Positions 38,401 through 48,804 of a stretch of DNA of 64,000 nucleotides are shown here, piece after piece. The stretch is from positions 431,768,001 to 431,832,000 of the forward strand of contig OZ024740.1 of assembly GCA_964016885.1 (NCBI GenBank), written 5' to 3'. Position 1 is the stretch's first letter; every line of letters starts with the position of its first letter. Both the position numbers and the translations under genes were made by a program. The stretch is from Eledone cirrhosa (taxonomy: Eukaryota). Below the pieces are notes generated by a model that was given only the letters and a program-made list of their open reading frames with translations, was not told the origin of the DNA and searched no databases.

Positions 38401-41388
38401 AGCCCGGTTGGCAGCAGTGTACCCATGAAAGTATGACTCACTGTTACCATGTAGCCAGGGTAGGAGTAGTACACCCGTGAAAGTATGACTCACTGTTACC
38501 ATGTAGCCAGGGTGGCAGCAGTACACCCATGAAAGTATGACACTTTTACCATGTAGCCCGGTTGGCAGCAGTGTACCCATGAATGTATGACTAACTGTTA
38601 CCATGTAGCCAGGTGGCAGCAGTATGCCCATGAAAGTATGACTCACTTCTACCATGTAGCCAGGGTGGCAGTAGTACACCCACGAAAGTATGACTCACTG
38701 TTACCATGTAGCCAGGGTGGCAGCAGTACACCCATGTAAGTATGACTCACTGTTACCATGTAGCCAGAGTGGCAGCAGTACACCCATGAAAGTATGACTC
38801 AATATTACCATGTAGCCAGGGTGGCAGCAGTACACCCATCTAAGTATGACACTTTTACCATGTAGCCCGGTTGGCAGCAGTGTACCCATGAAAGTATGAC
38901 TAACTGTTACCATGTAGCCAGGTGGCAGCAGTACGCCCATGAAAGTATGACTCACTGTTACCATGTAGCCAGGGTGGCAGTAGTACAACCATGAAAGTAT
39001 GACTCACTGTTACCATGTAGCCAGGGTGGCAGCAGTACACCCATGAAAGTATGACTCACTGTTACCATGTAGCCAGGGTGGCAGCAGTACACCCATGAAA
39101 CTGACTCAGTGTTACCATGTAGCCAGGTTGGCAGCAGTACACCCATGAAACTGTGACTCAGTGTTACCATGTAGCCAGGGTGGCAGCTGTGTACCTATGA
39201 AAGTATGACTCACTGTTACCATGTAGCCAGGGGGGCAGCAGTACGCCCATGAAACTGACTCAGTGTTACCATGTAGCCAGGGTGGCAGCAGTACACCCAT
39301 GAAAGTATGACTGTTACCATGTAGCCAGGGTGGCAGCAGTACACCCATGAAAGTATGAGTCACTGTTACATGTAACCAGGGTGGAAGCAGTGTACCCATG
39401 AAAGTATGACTCACTGTTACCATGTAGCCAGGGTGGCAGCAGTGACCCATGAAAGTATGACTCACTGTTACCATGTAGCCAGGGTGGCAGCAGTACACCC
39501 ATGAAAGTATGACTCAGTGTTACCATGTAGCCAGGGTGGCAGCTGTGTACCCATGAAAGTATGACTCACTGTTACCATGTAGCCAGGGTGGCAGTAGTAC
39601 ACCCATTAAAGTATGACTCACTGTTACCATGTAGCCAGGGTAGCAGCAGTACACCCATGAAAGTATGACACACTGTTACCATGTAGCCAAGGTGGCAGCT
39701 GTGTACCCATGAAAGTATGACTCACTATTACAATTTAACCACGGTGGTAGTAGGGTACCCATGAAACTGTGACTCACTGTGACCATGTAGCCAGGGTGGC
39801 AGCAGTACACCCATGAAAGTATGACTCACTGTGACCATGAAGCCAGGGTGGCAGCAGTACTCCCATGAAACTGTGACTCATTGTTACCATGTAACCAGGG
39901 TGGCAGCAGTGTACCCATGAAAGTATGACTCACTGTTACCATGTAACCAGGGTGGCAGCAGTGTACCCATGAAAGTATGACTCACTGTTACCATGTAGCC
40001 AGGGTGGCAGTAGTGTACCCATGAAAGTATAACTCACTGTTACCATGTAGCCAGGGTGGCAGTAGTGTACTCATGAAAGTATAACTCACTGTTACCATGT
40101 AGCCAGGGTGGCAGCAGTACACCCATGAAACTGAGACTCAGTGTTACCATGTAGTCAGGTGGCAACAGTGTACCCATGAAAGTATGACTCACTGTTACCA
40201 TGTAGCCAGGTGGCAGCAGTACACCCATTAAAGTATAACTCACTGTTACCATGTAGCCAGGGTGGCAACAGTGTACCCATGAAAGTATAACTCACTGTTA
40301 CCATGTAGCCAGGGTGGCAGCAGTACACCCATGAAAGTATGACACACTGTTACCATGTAGCCAAGGTGGCATCAGTGTACCCATGAAAGTATGACTCACT
40401 ATTACCATGTAGCCAAGGTGGCATCAGTGTACCCATGAAGGTATGACTCACTGTTACAATGTAACCACAGTGGCAGTAGGGTACCCATGAAACTGTGACT
40501 CAATGTTACCATGTAGCCAGGGTGGCAACAGTACACCCATGAAAGTATGACTCACTGTTACCATGTAGCCAGGGTGGCAGCAGTACACCCATGAAAGTAT
40601 GACTCACTGTTACCATGTAGCCAGGGTGGCAGCAGTGAACCCATGAAAGTATAACTCACTGTTACCATGTAACCAGGGTGGCAGCAGTGTACCCATGAAA
40701 GTATGACTCACTGTTACCATGTAACCAGGGTGGCAGCTGTGTACCCATGAAAGTATGACTCACTGTTACCATGTAACCAGGGTGGCAGCTGTGTACCCAT
40801 GAAAGTATGACTCACTGTTACCATGTAACCAGGGTGGCAGCTGTGTACCCATGAAAGTATGACTCACTGTTACCATGTAGCCAGGGTGGCAGCTGTGTAC
40901 CCATGAAAGTATGACTCACTGTTACCATGTAGCCAGGGTGGCAGCTGTGTACCCATGAAAGTATGACTCACTGTTACCATGTAGACAGGGTGGCAGCAGA
41001 ACACCCATGAAAGTATGACTCACTGTTACCATGTAGCCAGGGTGGCAGCAGTGTACCCATGAAAGTATGACTCACTGTTACCATGTAGCCAGAGTGGCCG
41101 CAGTGTACCCATGAAACTGTGACTCAGTGTTACCATGTAGCCAGTGTGGCAGCTGTGTACCCATGAAAGTATGACTCACTGTTACCATGTAGCCAGAGTG
41201 GCAGCAGTGTACCCATGAAACTGTGACTCAGTGTTACCATGTAGCCAGTAGTACATCCATGAAACTGTGACTCAGTGTTACCATGTAGCCAGAGTGGCAG
41301 CAGTGTAGCCATGAAAGTATGACTAACTGTTACCATGTAGCCAGGGTGGCAGCAGTACACCCATGAAACTGTGACTCAGTGTATCATG
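14484..41388. repeat. 52-bp tandem satellite, about 26.9 kb, more than 500 copies, with higher-order block duplications
   Basis: Unit TAGCCAGGGTGGCAGCAGTGTACCCATGAAAGTATGACTCACTGTTACCATG, with recurrent 1-8 bp deletion variants. Identical ORFs recur at a 3805-nt offset. Confidence 0.98.
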
Positions 41389-41794
41389 TTTTCGAAGAAA
41401 CTCAATGAGATGTGTTGACCTGTCTGTTAGTTCTTGAACAACAGTTACAGGCCTTGTTGAGAGAAGTGACTATGCAACAGCTGTGTTTGACATGATGATG
41501 GATTGACGGGGAAATGTATTCAATGGCATCACCCTACGAATCATCTCCCGGGAATGATGATGCTTCAAATCAAACCAGCAGTGAAATGAGTGACCTTGTG
41601 ATCACAATCAATGGTTCTAAACTCGTTTATTGATAAAAATCATACTGTTAATATTGTTATATTTGGGGAGGGTGACATTGTCCTAATATTGCCAGAAATA
41701 GTAATAAAACACACTCACTGTTTGGTTTCGCTTAAGTATATTTCTTATATTTTTATAAATAATTTAGATGGCAATCAATGTTTATCATTTATTG

Positions 41795-42558
41795 GCTTGC
41801 TGTCCAAACGAAATTCATGTAAACGTAATGTACAGACTTCATCTCTCTCTCTCTCTCTCTCCTAGCGTATTTTCAAAACAATCCATATTTCGTATTCAAG
41901 TCCAAATAGCCAATCTATCGCTAAAACAAACTACATTTTCTGTTTCTATTAAGTGCTAAATACGTGGGTTTTTGGACGTATTTAACAGAACAAATTTTGT
42001 ATTTTTGTTAATCGCTTGTTAAATGCATGGACCCCACTCAATCATTACCTTCTTGCTAGCTATTTTCAAACCTTAATTCCTAACGTATTTTCAAACCCCA
42101 ATCCCCTAATTCTAGCGTATCTTCAAAACAAAAAAGCAAAATCCTTTCCTTCTTCCTTCTTCGAAGGCACGGGGCGGTCAAACGCCTAACACCCACAGCC
42201 ATCATGTGGCCCCCTACCCTCGCTCTCTCTCACTCTCTCTCTCCCTATAAATATATGATAGGAATTCACTTCGCCAAATTTCATTTCTTTGCTTGCTGTC
42301 CAAACGAAATTCATGTAAACGTAATGTACAGACTTCATCTCTCTCTCTCTCTCTCTCCTAGCGTATTTTCAAAACAATCCATATTTCGTATTCAAGTCCA
42401 AATAGCCAATCTATCGCTAAAACAAACTACATTTTCTGTTTCTATTAAGTGCTAAATACGTGGGTTTTTGGACGTATTTAACAGAACAAATTTTGTATTT
42501 TTGTTAATCGCTTGTTAAATGCATGGACCCCACTCAATCATTACCTTCTTGCTAGCTA
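41795..42558 (+). repeat. Two apparently identical 268-bp direct repeats (41795-42062, 42291-42558; period 496) upstream of the LINE ORF
   Basis: GCTTGCTGTCCAAACG...CTTCTTGCTAGCTA occurs twice, with the same (CT)9 tract length in both copies. Confidence 0.93.
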
Positions 42559-42595
42559 CCCAACACCCCTCCCTCCCACCCCCACACACCACCAT

Positions 42596-42680
42596 TGCTA
42601 TTACGTGGACCAATCATAAAACAGAGCCCCCACGCATCACCAGTATTATTACGCGGACCAATCAGAAACCAGAGGCCTAT
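42596..42680 (+). promoter_or_regulatory. Two imperfect tandem CCAAT-box-containing motifs; candidate internal promoter of the LINE
   Basis: TATTACGTGGACCAATCATAAAACAGAG and TATTACGCGGACCAATCAGAAACCAGAG lie 75-130 nt upstream of the first ATG. Function is inferred. Confidence 0.4.
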
Positions 42681-42735
42681 ACTATCGCTTGCCTGGTTGC
42701 CTTTCGATATACGATATACGATATATGATGGATGG

Positions 42736-45700
42736 ATGGACTGCGGAATCCTGGAGAGTGGAGGTGAGAGAGAAAAATCTGGACGCTCAGCGACAATGCC
42801 AAAGATAAAGACAAATTCACCCCTTGGACGAGAATGCGAGCACTCCTCATTGTTTCGACCGCGGACGGCTAACATAACCCCATCGCCCCCCGCCCCTCAC
42901 CGCCCCCAACCCCCAAACGCAATCCAAAACTTCAGAGTTGGTACCATAAATGTAGGCACCCTAAAGGGTCGCGCTAACGAGGTTGTAGAAATGCTTGAAC
43001 GTAAGGAGGTCGATGTTTGTTGTATTCAAGAGACCAGGTGGAGGGGTGGGTCTGCTAGGTTCATTGAGGGTAAAAAACGTTGTTATAAGCTTTTCTGGGT
43101 GGGAAACGACGATGGGCTGGGTGGAGTAGGAATCATGGTAGCAGAAAAGTGGGCAGATAAGATAATAGACGTAAATAGAGTGAACGACAGAATAATTAAA
43201 ATACGACTTGTCCTCAATAGAACTACGGTGACAGTAATATCTGCGTACGCACCCCAATCCGGACTGCCCGGCACTATAAAAGACAGATTCTATGAGACAC
43301 TGATGCTAACTACCTCCCAAATATCCGACAGTGACTATATAATTATCGCAGGCGACCTAAATGGTCACGTTGGACAACATTGTGACGGCTACGACGAAAT
43401 CCATGGAGGCTATGGGTTTGGTACTAGAAATGAGGAAGGCTCCAGAATCCTGGAATTCTGTGATGCAAATAACCTAACTATCTGTAACACTAACTTCAAA
43501 AAACGTGACAATCACCTGATCACCTATAGATCCGGGGAACACACAAGCCAGGTAGATTATATCCTTACCAGAAGACGTGACAGAGTGTCTGTTGTTAACA
43601 CTAAATCCCTCCCCCATGAAGAATGCACCTCCCAACATAGACTGATAATTAGCGACCTCATAGTCAGGACGAGACGTACTCGACAACAGAAGAGGACTAT
43701 CCTCAGGAGGAAAATATGGAAGCTAAAGGACCCCACAGCCAGGAATAAATTTCAAAGCATATTACTTGATGCTTTCGACAGTAAGGAAGAACATTTAGAG
43801 TCGGACAATATAGAGGGAGAGTGGGAATTTCTGAAAGCAAACCTGCTGTTGGCGACAGACGAGGTCTGTGGCTGGAGCAGGCCTGTAGGCAGGAGGAGAG
43901 TAACATGGTGGTGGAACAGTAAGGTGGAGGGGTCAATTAAGGCCAAAAAGCAGGCTTGGAAAGTATGGCGGGATGGGGGAAGTAGAGAGGACTATCAAGT
44001 GGCCAGGAGGGAAGCTAGGAGACAAGTGTACTTAGCAAGAAGGGAAGCTGAGGAAAGAAAGTTCAAGCATGTTCTACAACGCGATGACCAAAAACGTGAG
44101 GTGTTCAGGATTGCTAGGCAATGCGTCAAGGAAAACCGTGATATTGTCGGGGAGAAGTGTGTACTAAACGACGATGGCACACTTGCCATCACCGACGCTG
44201 ATAAGAAGGTAGCTTGGAAGTGTCACTATGAAAGGCTTCTAAATGAGGAGAATAATTGGGAGAAAGGCAGTCTCCCCCATATCGACCCAATAGAGGGACC
44301 AGCAGTGTTAGTCGAGGGGAGTATAATAAGTAAGGCAATCAAGGATATGAAGACTGGTAAGGCGGCTGGGCCTTCGGAAATAGTTGCTGAGATGCTGAAG
44401 GCATCTGGCACGGTGGGACACACCATGGTCACCCGCATAGTTAACCAAGTCGTACAGAATGGGGTTGTTCTGAAGGACTGGCATAGCAGCATCATCGTTA
44501 ACTGTTATAAGGGTAAAGGAGACGCCCTAGATAGGAGTAACTATAGAGGCATTAAATTAATCGACCAGGTCATGAAGGTCACGGAAAGAGTAATAGCGCA
44601 ACTAATCAGAGAGAGAATTGACCTAGATGAAATGCAGTTCGGGTTTGTGTCAGGCAAAAGTACCACAGACGCTCTTTTCATAGTACGACAACTACAGGAG
44701 AAGTACCTAGCTAAAGGTAAACCCCTCTACTTAGCTTTTGTCGACTTGGAGAAAGCCTTCGACAGAGTCCCCCGCTCCATTATCTGGTGGGCTCTTAGAA
44801 AACTAGGCGTTGACGAATGGCTTGTGAGGGCTATACAAGCCATGTATAAAGAAACAGTCAGCAAGGTTAGAATTAACAACGAATATAGTGAAGAGTTTAG
44901 CGTAAAAGTTGGCGTCCATCAGGGCTCTGTTCTCAGTCCACTACTATTTATTATTGCCCTTCAGGCTATAACAGAGGAGTTCAAGACAGGCTGCCCATGG
45001 GAACTCCTATACGCAGACGACCTGACACTCATAGCGGAATCAATGGCCGAGCTAGAGAAGAAATTCCAAACATGGAAGCACGGCCTAGAGTCAAAAGGAC
45101 TTAAAATTAACCTGGCTAAGACCAAAGTACTAGTTTGTAGGAAAGAAAACAAGGCGGCGGTCCCTTCTGGGAAATGGTCGTGCTCGGTGTGTAGGAAAGG
45201 CGTAGGTAGAAACTCCATTTTATGTCCTAAATGCAAAGTATGGGTGCATAAAAGATGTAGTGGGATCACAGGTAAGCTAACTAAGAACATAGATTTTACA
45301 TGTGGCCGGTGCTCTGGTGCAATAAGTAGCAGCAAGTGCCCACAAACTACTAGCTCTTTCAATTGCGCAGAGGGTTCTATAGAAATAGTGGACAGCTTCC
45401 GTTACCTGGGCGATAAAATCAGCAGTGGGGGAGGGTGCTCTGAAAGTACTGTAGCTAGAGTCAGAACTGGTTGGAAAAAGTTCAGAGAGCTTATACCACT
45501 ATTAGCTGCTAAAGGGTTCTCACTAAAAATGAAAGGCAGGTTGTACGATGCCTGCATACGAACAGCAATGCTGCATGGCAGTGAGACCTGGGCATTGTGT
45601 GCAGAGGATATACGCAGACTAGAGAGGAACGAAGCTTGCATGCTCCGCTGGATGTGTAACAGTAATATACGTGAACGGCAAAGCATAAACGAACTAAGGA

Positions 45701-45966
45701 AAAAATTAGAGATAAGAGGGATCAGATGTTGTTTACTCGAGAGAAGGCTACGTTGGTATGGACACGTGATGCGCATGAAAGTCGATAGCTGTATAACAAA
45801 GTGCAGGGCAATAAAGATAGACGGTAGTCACGGAATAGGCAGACCTAGAAAAACCTGGGACGAGCTGATAAACTCCGACATCACACACTTACACCTCTCC
45901 AAGACAATGTCACTGGACCGAGACCTTTGGCGGTACTCAGTAACAGAGAAGACCCGCCTTACCTAA
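42736..45966 (+). CDS. RTE LINE ORF: AP endonuclease + reverse transcriptase + PHD finger
   Basis: Open from 42595; first ATGs at 42736 and 42796. APE motifs GTINVGTL, CIQETRW, SAYAP, GDLNGHVG, VDYIL, SQH. RT motifs YRGIKL, QFGF, FVDLEKAFD, GVHQGSVLSPLLF, YADD (45010-45021), FRYLG. C4HC3 finger at 45181-45312. RTE-type C-terminus RRLRWYGHV..GRPRKTW. Confidence 0.95.
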   Translation: MDCGILESGGEREKSGRSATMPKIKTNSPLGRECEHSSLFRPRTANITPSPPAPHRPQPPNAIQNFRVGTINVGTLKGRANEVVEMLERKEVDVCCIQETRWRGGSARFIEGKKRCYKLFWVGNDDGLGGVGIMVAEKWADKIIDVNRVNDRIIKIRLVLNRTTVTVISAYAPQSGLPGTIKDRFYETLMLTTSQISDSDYIIIAGDLNGHVGQHCDGYDEIHGGYGFGTRNEEGSRILEFCDANNLTICNTNFKKRDNHLITYRSGEHTSQVDYILTRRRDRVSVVNTKSLPHEECTSQHRLIISDLIVRTRRTRQQKRTILRRKIWKLKDPTARNKFQSILLDAFDSKEEHLESDNIEGEWEFLKANLLLATDEVCGWSRPVGRRRVTWWWNSKVEGSIKAKKQAWKVWRDGGSREDYQVARREARRQVYLARREAEERKFKHVLQRDDQKREVFRIARQCVKENRDIVGEKCVLNDDGTLAITDADKKVAWKCHYERLLNEENNWEKGSLPHIDPIEGPAVLVEGSIISKAIKDMKTGKAAGPSEIVAEMLKASGTVGHTMVTRIVNQVVQNGVVLKDWHSSIIVNCYKGKGDALDRSNYRGIKLIDQVMKVTERVIAQLIRERIDLDEMQFGFVSGKSTTDALFIVRQLQEKYLAKGKPLYLAFVDLEKAFDRVPRSIIWWALRKLGVDEWLVRAIQAMYKETVSKVRINNEYSEEFSVKVGVHQGSVLSPLLFIIALQAITEEFKTGCPWELLYADDLTLIAESMAELEKKFQTWKHGLESKGLKINLAKTKVLVCRKENKAAVPSGKWSCSVCRKGVGRNSILCPKCKVWVHKRCSGITGKLTKNIDFTCGRCSGAISSSKCPQTTSSFNCAEGSIEIVDSFRYLGDKISSGGGCSESTVARVRTGWKKFRELIPLLAAKGFSLKMKGRLYDACIRTAMLHGSETWALCAEDIRRLERNEACMLRWMCNSNIRERQSINELRKKLEIRGIRCCLLERRLRWYGHVMRMKVDSCITKCRAIKIDGSHGIGRPRKTWDELINSDITHLHLSKTMSLDRDLWRYSVTEKTRLT

Positions 45967-46731
45967 ATTATAGTAAAACCTACTCCAGCCAGTAGGCATC
46001 TCTAACAAAATACACCCCGTCCCACCACCCCCACCCCCACCCGATCCACACCACCCCGTTCTATGTAAAGTTATGTTGGTGCCGCGCCTTCGAGGCCGAA
46101 ACAAATGAGATCGTGTAGGTGTCACGACAAAAAAACACACAGTCCACGCTGTAATGTGGCCGTGTAGGCAACACGGTAAAAACCTCCCAGACCCACACTG
46201 TAAATGTGGTTGGTGTTAGGAAGGGCATCCAACTGTAGAAAACCTGCCAGACAGTCCTATGCGAGCAAGACAATCACTCTTGCCTCAAGTGGGACTACCC
46301 CCGTCCAAACCCATGCAAGCGTGGAACACGGACGTTAAACGTTGATGATGATGATGATGATGATGATGACCAACAGTTAAAAATATAAATCTAATTTCTA
46401 AAAGTTCTTTTGTCACTAATTTTTCTGTGACATCTTCAGTGATTTGCTCCGGGAATAATGTGTGACAAAAGAACTTTGAGAACGGTCAGTCAATGATAAA
46501 CATTGATTGCCAGCTAAATCATTTATAAAAATATAAAAATATACTGAAGCGAAAGCGAAACCAAATCAAACAGTGAGTGTGTTTTATTATTATTTTTGGC
46601 AATATTAGGGCAATGTGACCCTCCCCAATTAATATTAAATTCCCCTTAATTAAAAAACTGTCAATAGATATGAAATGCCTAAATAAAAATATATGTCAAT
46701 TTGAAATGAAAATGGAAAGAGAATCACTCAC

Positions 46732-47138
46732 TTTATTTTACTATCTTGTTCAACAGGCTCATAATAGAAGAGAAAGTTGATCGTGTGCACCCCTGCTATA
46801 TCATTGCCACGGATCCACATAGGAACAGTCATTGTAAAATTAGGTTTCAATACACCATTTGGAATAGGTACATCAATTACAGTAATACCATTCACTGCAA
46901 CCTCTTTTGGTTCACTGCCAGGTGTTTCTCCACAAATATCTTCCTCCTGTGTTTGATATATACTAGAAAATGGTACAGAATCAACAAGATCCACATCAGT
47001 GCCAAGAGCCAAGAAACTAGGTGAACTGGATGCTATTTTGAGGTTCTTCAGTGGAATTGTTCCATCATTACAGAACTTCAGTGTAATACTTTGGACTTCT
47101 CCACACAAAAGGGTTTCAGGAATTTTATCTAATTCAAC
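46732..47138 (-). CDS. TRAPPC8: TRAPPC8 exon: VELDKIPETLLCGEVQ...VPMWIRGNDIAGVHTINFLFYYEPVEQDSKI(K)
   Basis: Acceptor TTACAG|, donor AA|GTGAGT. 407 nt, phase 0 to 2. LLCGE and PMW.RG....GVH.INFLFYYE motifs are conserved in TRAPPC8. Confidence 0.95.
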
Positions 47139-47349
47139 CTGTAAGGATGCCAACAAAAAACACAAAAACAAAACAAAGGAAATTATTAATCAGTGTCAAA
47201 GCATTCATTAATAACTATTAATTAGTGTCAAAGAATATATTACATACCAGTGCAATTATTTAATGAAATTAAATTTGCAAAACAATGTTTATCAAACAAT
47301 TTCCTAAGTATAAGAAATTTTAGATAACACCCAAGTAAAGAAAGATAGG

Positions 47350-47708
47350 GAGGACCCTTCAGTCAGGTCAAGGATGTGACAATCTCCCTAGTCTTGGTGA
47401 TCTACACATTAAACACACCCAGTACAAGCTATAAAGTGGTTGGTGATAGGAAGGGCATCCAGTCATAGAAAGCTTACCAAACCAAAGATTGGAAGTGCCC
47501 TTCAGTTGTATCAAAATATGACAACCTCCCTAGTTCTTGTGACACAATAAAATCCACTCGGCAGAGCATGGGGGCATATGTAAGTGAGAATGTAAGCTCC
47601 AGGTTTGTTTAGGATGTCAGTAGATCCACTTCAGTACTGACTCAGTCTATGTAGACCCATCAAACCCTTGTTAGCAGGAAAAGCAGATGTTAAATGATGA
47701 TGATGATG
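47350..47708 (+). mobile_element. Old non-autonomous or 5'-truncated RTE-related element
   Basis: GTGGTTGGTGATAGGAAGGGCATCCAG...AGCAGGAAAAGCAGATGTTAAATGATGATGATG matches the LINE 3'UTR motifs and tail. Confidence 0.75.
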
Positions 47709-47864
47709 AAATTTATAATCAGAGGGTTTTAAATTTCCAGAATGTTAGAATACAGAATTACATTAAATTTAGAAAATTTATTAGCTAATAATATTTTAAA
47801 ACATTGCAATATATTTTACAAATTGCTGACTAAGCCATGCAAAATGTGGAAGAATAGGTGTTAA

Positions 47865-48738
47865 ATGGTGATGGTGGTGGTGCTGATGATGATATTAATG
47901 ATGATGGTGATAATGATGACGATGGTGATAATGATGGTGATGATGATGACGATGACGATGGTGATAATGATGACGATGGTGATGATGATGACGATGGTGA
48001 TGACGATGACGATGGTGATGACGATGACGATGGTGATAATGATGACGATGGTGATAATGATGACGATGGTGATGACGATGACGATGGTGATAATGATGAC
48101 GATGGTGATAATGATGACGATGGTGATAATGATGACGATGGTGATGACGATGACGATGGTGATAATGATGACGATGGTGATAATGATGACGATGGTGATG
48201 ACGATGACGATGGTGATAATGATGACGATGGTGATAATGATGACGATGGTGATGACGATGACGATGGTGATAATGATGACGATGGTGATGATGATGACGA
48301 TGGTGATGACGATGACGATGGTGATAATGATGACGATGGTGATAATGATGACGATGGTGATAATGATGACGATGGTGATGACGATGACGATGGTGATAAT
48401 GATGACGATGGTGATAATGATGACGATGGTGATGACGATGACGATGGTGATAATGATGACGATGGTGATAATGATGACGATGGTGATAATGATGACGATG
48501 GTGATGACGATGACGATGGTGATAATGATGACGATGGTGATGATGACGATGGTGATGATGATGACGGTGATAATGATGACGATGGTGATGATGATGACGA
48601 TGGTGATAATGATGACGATGGTGATGACGATGACGATGGTGATAATGATGACGATGGTGATGATGACGATGGTGATGATGATGACGGTGATAATGATGAC
48701 GATGGTGATGGTGATGATGATGGTGATGATGATGATGT
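47865..48738. repeat. (GAT)-based microsatellite with 18-bp superperiod GATGGTGATAATGATGAC
   Basis: Directly visible. Gives poly-D/G/N and poly-M/V/T pseudo-ORFs. Confidence 0.96.
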
Positions 48739-48804
48739 TAAGGTATGATTTATTATATATTCAACAGAAAGAATGTTTAACTTTACTTATGAAAGAAGAA
48801 TTAC

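Larger units (their letters stand above)
41795..46369 (+). mobile_element. Full-length or near full-length RTE-clade non-LTR retrotransposon (LINE), antisense to TRAPPC8
   Basis: Single APE-RT ORF, about 400-nt 3'UTR with TTAGGAAGGGCATCC motif, (GAT)n tail at 46344-46369. The 5' boundary is uncertain (41795 or about 42559). Confidence 0.9.
41664..46626. mobile_element. Foldback/MITE-like element with long inverted arms (about 41664-41795 and about 46487-46626), interrupted by the LINE
   Basis: Left arm TGGGGAGGGTGACATTGTCCTAATATTGCCAGAAATAGTAATAAAACACACTCACTG...GGCAATCAATGTTTATCATT is the imperfect reverse complement of 46487-46626. An inner stem AAAGTTCTTTTGTCAC / GTGACAAAAGAACTTT lies at about 46401-46477. 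Confidence 0.8.

Noticed and set aside
14484-41388. Dozens of 60-130 aa ORFs (MVTVSHTFMG..., MYCCHPGY...) as a repetitive protein gene family
   Set aside because: They are translations of a 52-bp unit that is not a multiple of 3, broken by stops every few units, and they lie inside a phase-matched TRAPPC8 intron.
41795-42558. TRIM or mini LTR element formed by the 268-bp direct repeats
   Set aside because: No TG...CA termini, PBS, PPT or TSD are visible. A tandem duplication with 496-bp period is the simpler reading.
42961-45776. Antisense ORFs within the LINE (and similar ones within Gypsy pol)
   Set aside because: Short shadow ORFs of a long coding frame with no recognisable domains.
46078-46105. 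Possible hammerhead in the LINE 3'UTR (GCCTTCGAGGC-CGAAAC)
   Set aside because: A hairpin and GAAAC are present, but the upstream CTGANGA box is absent.
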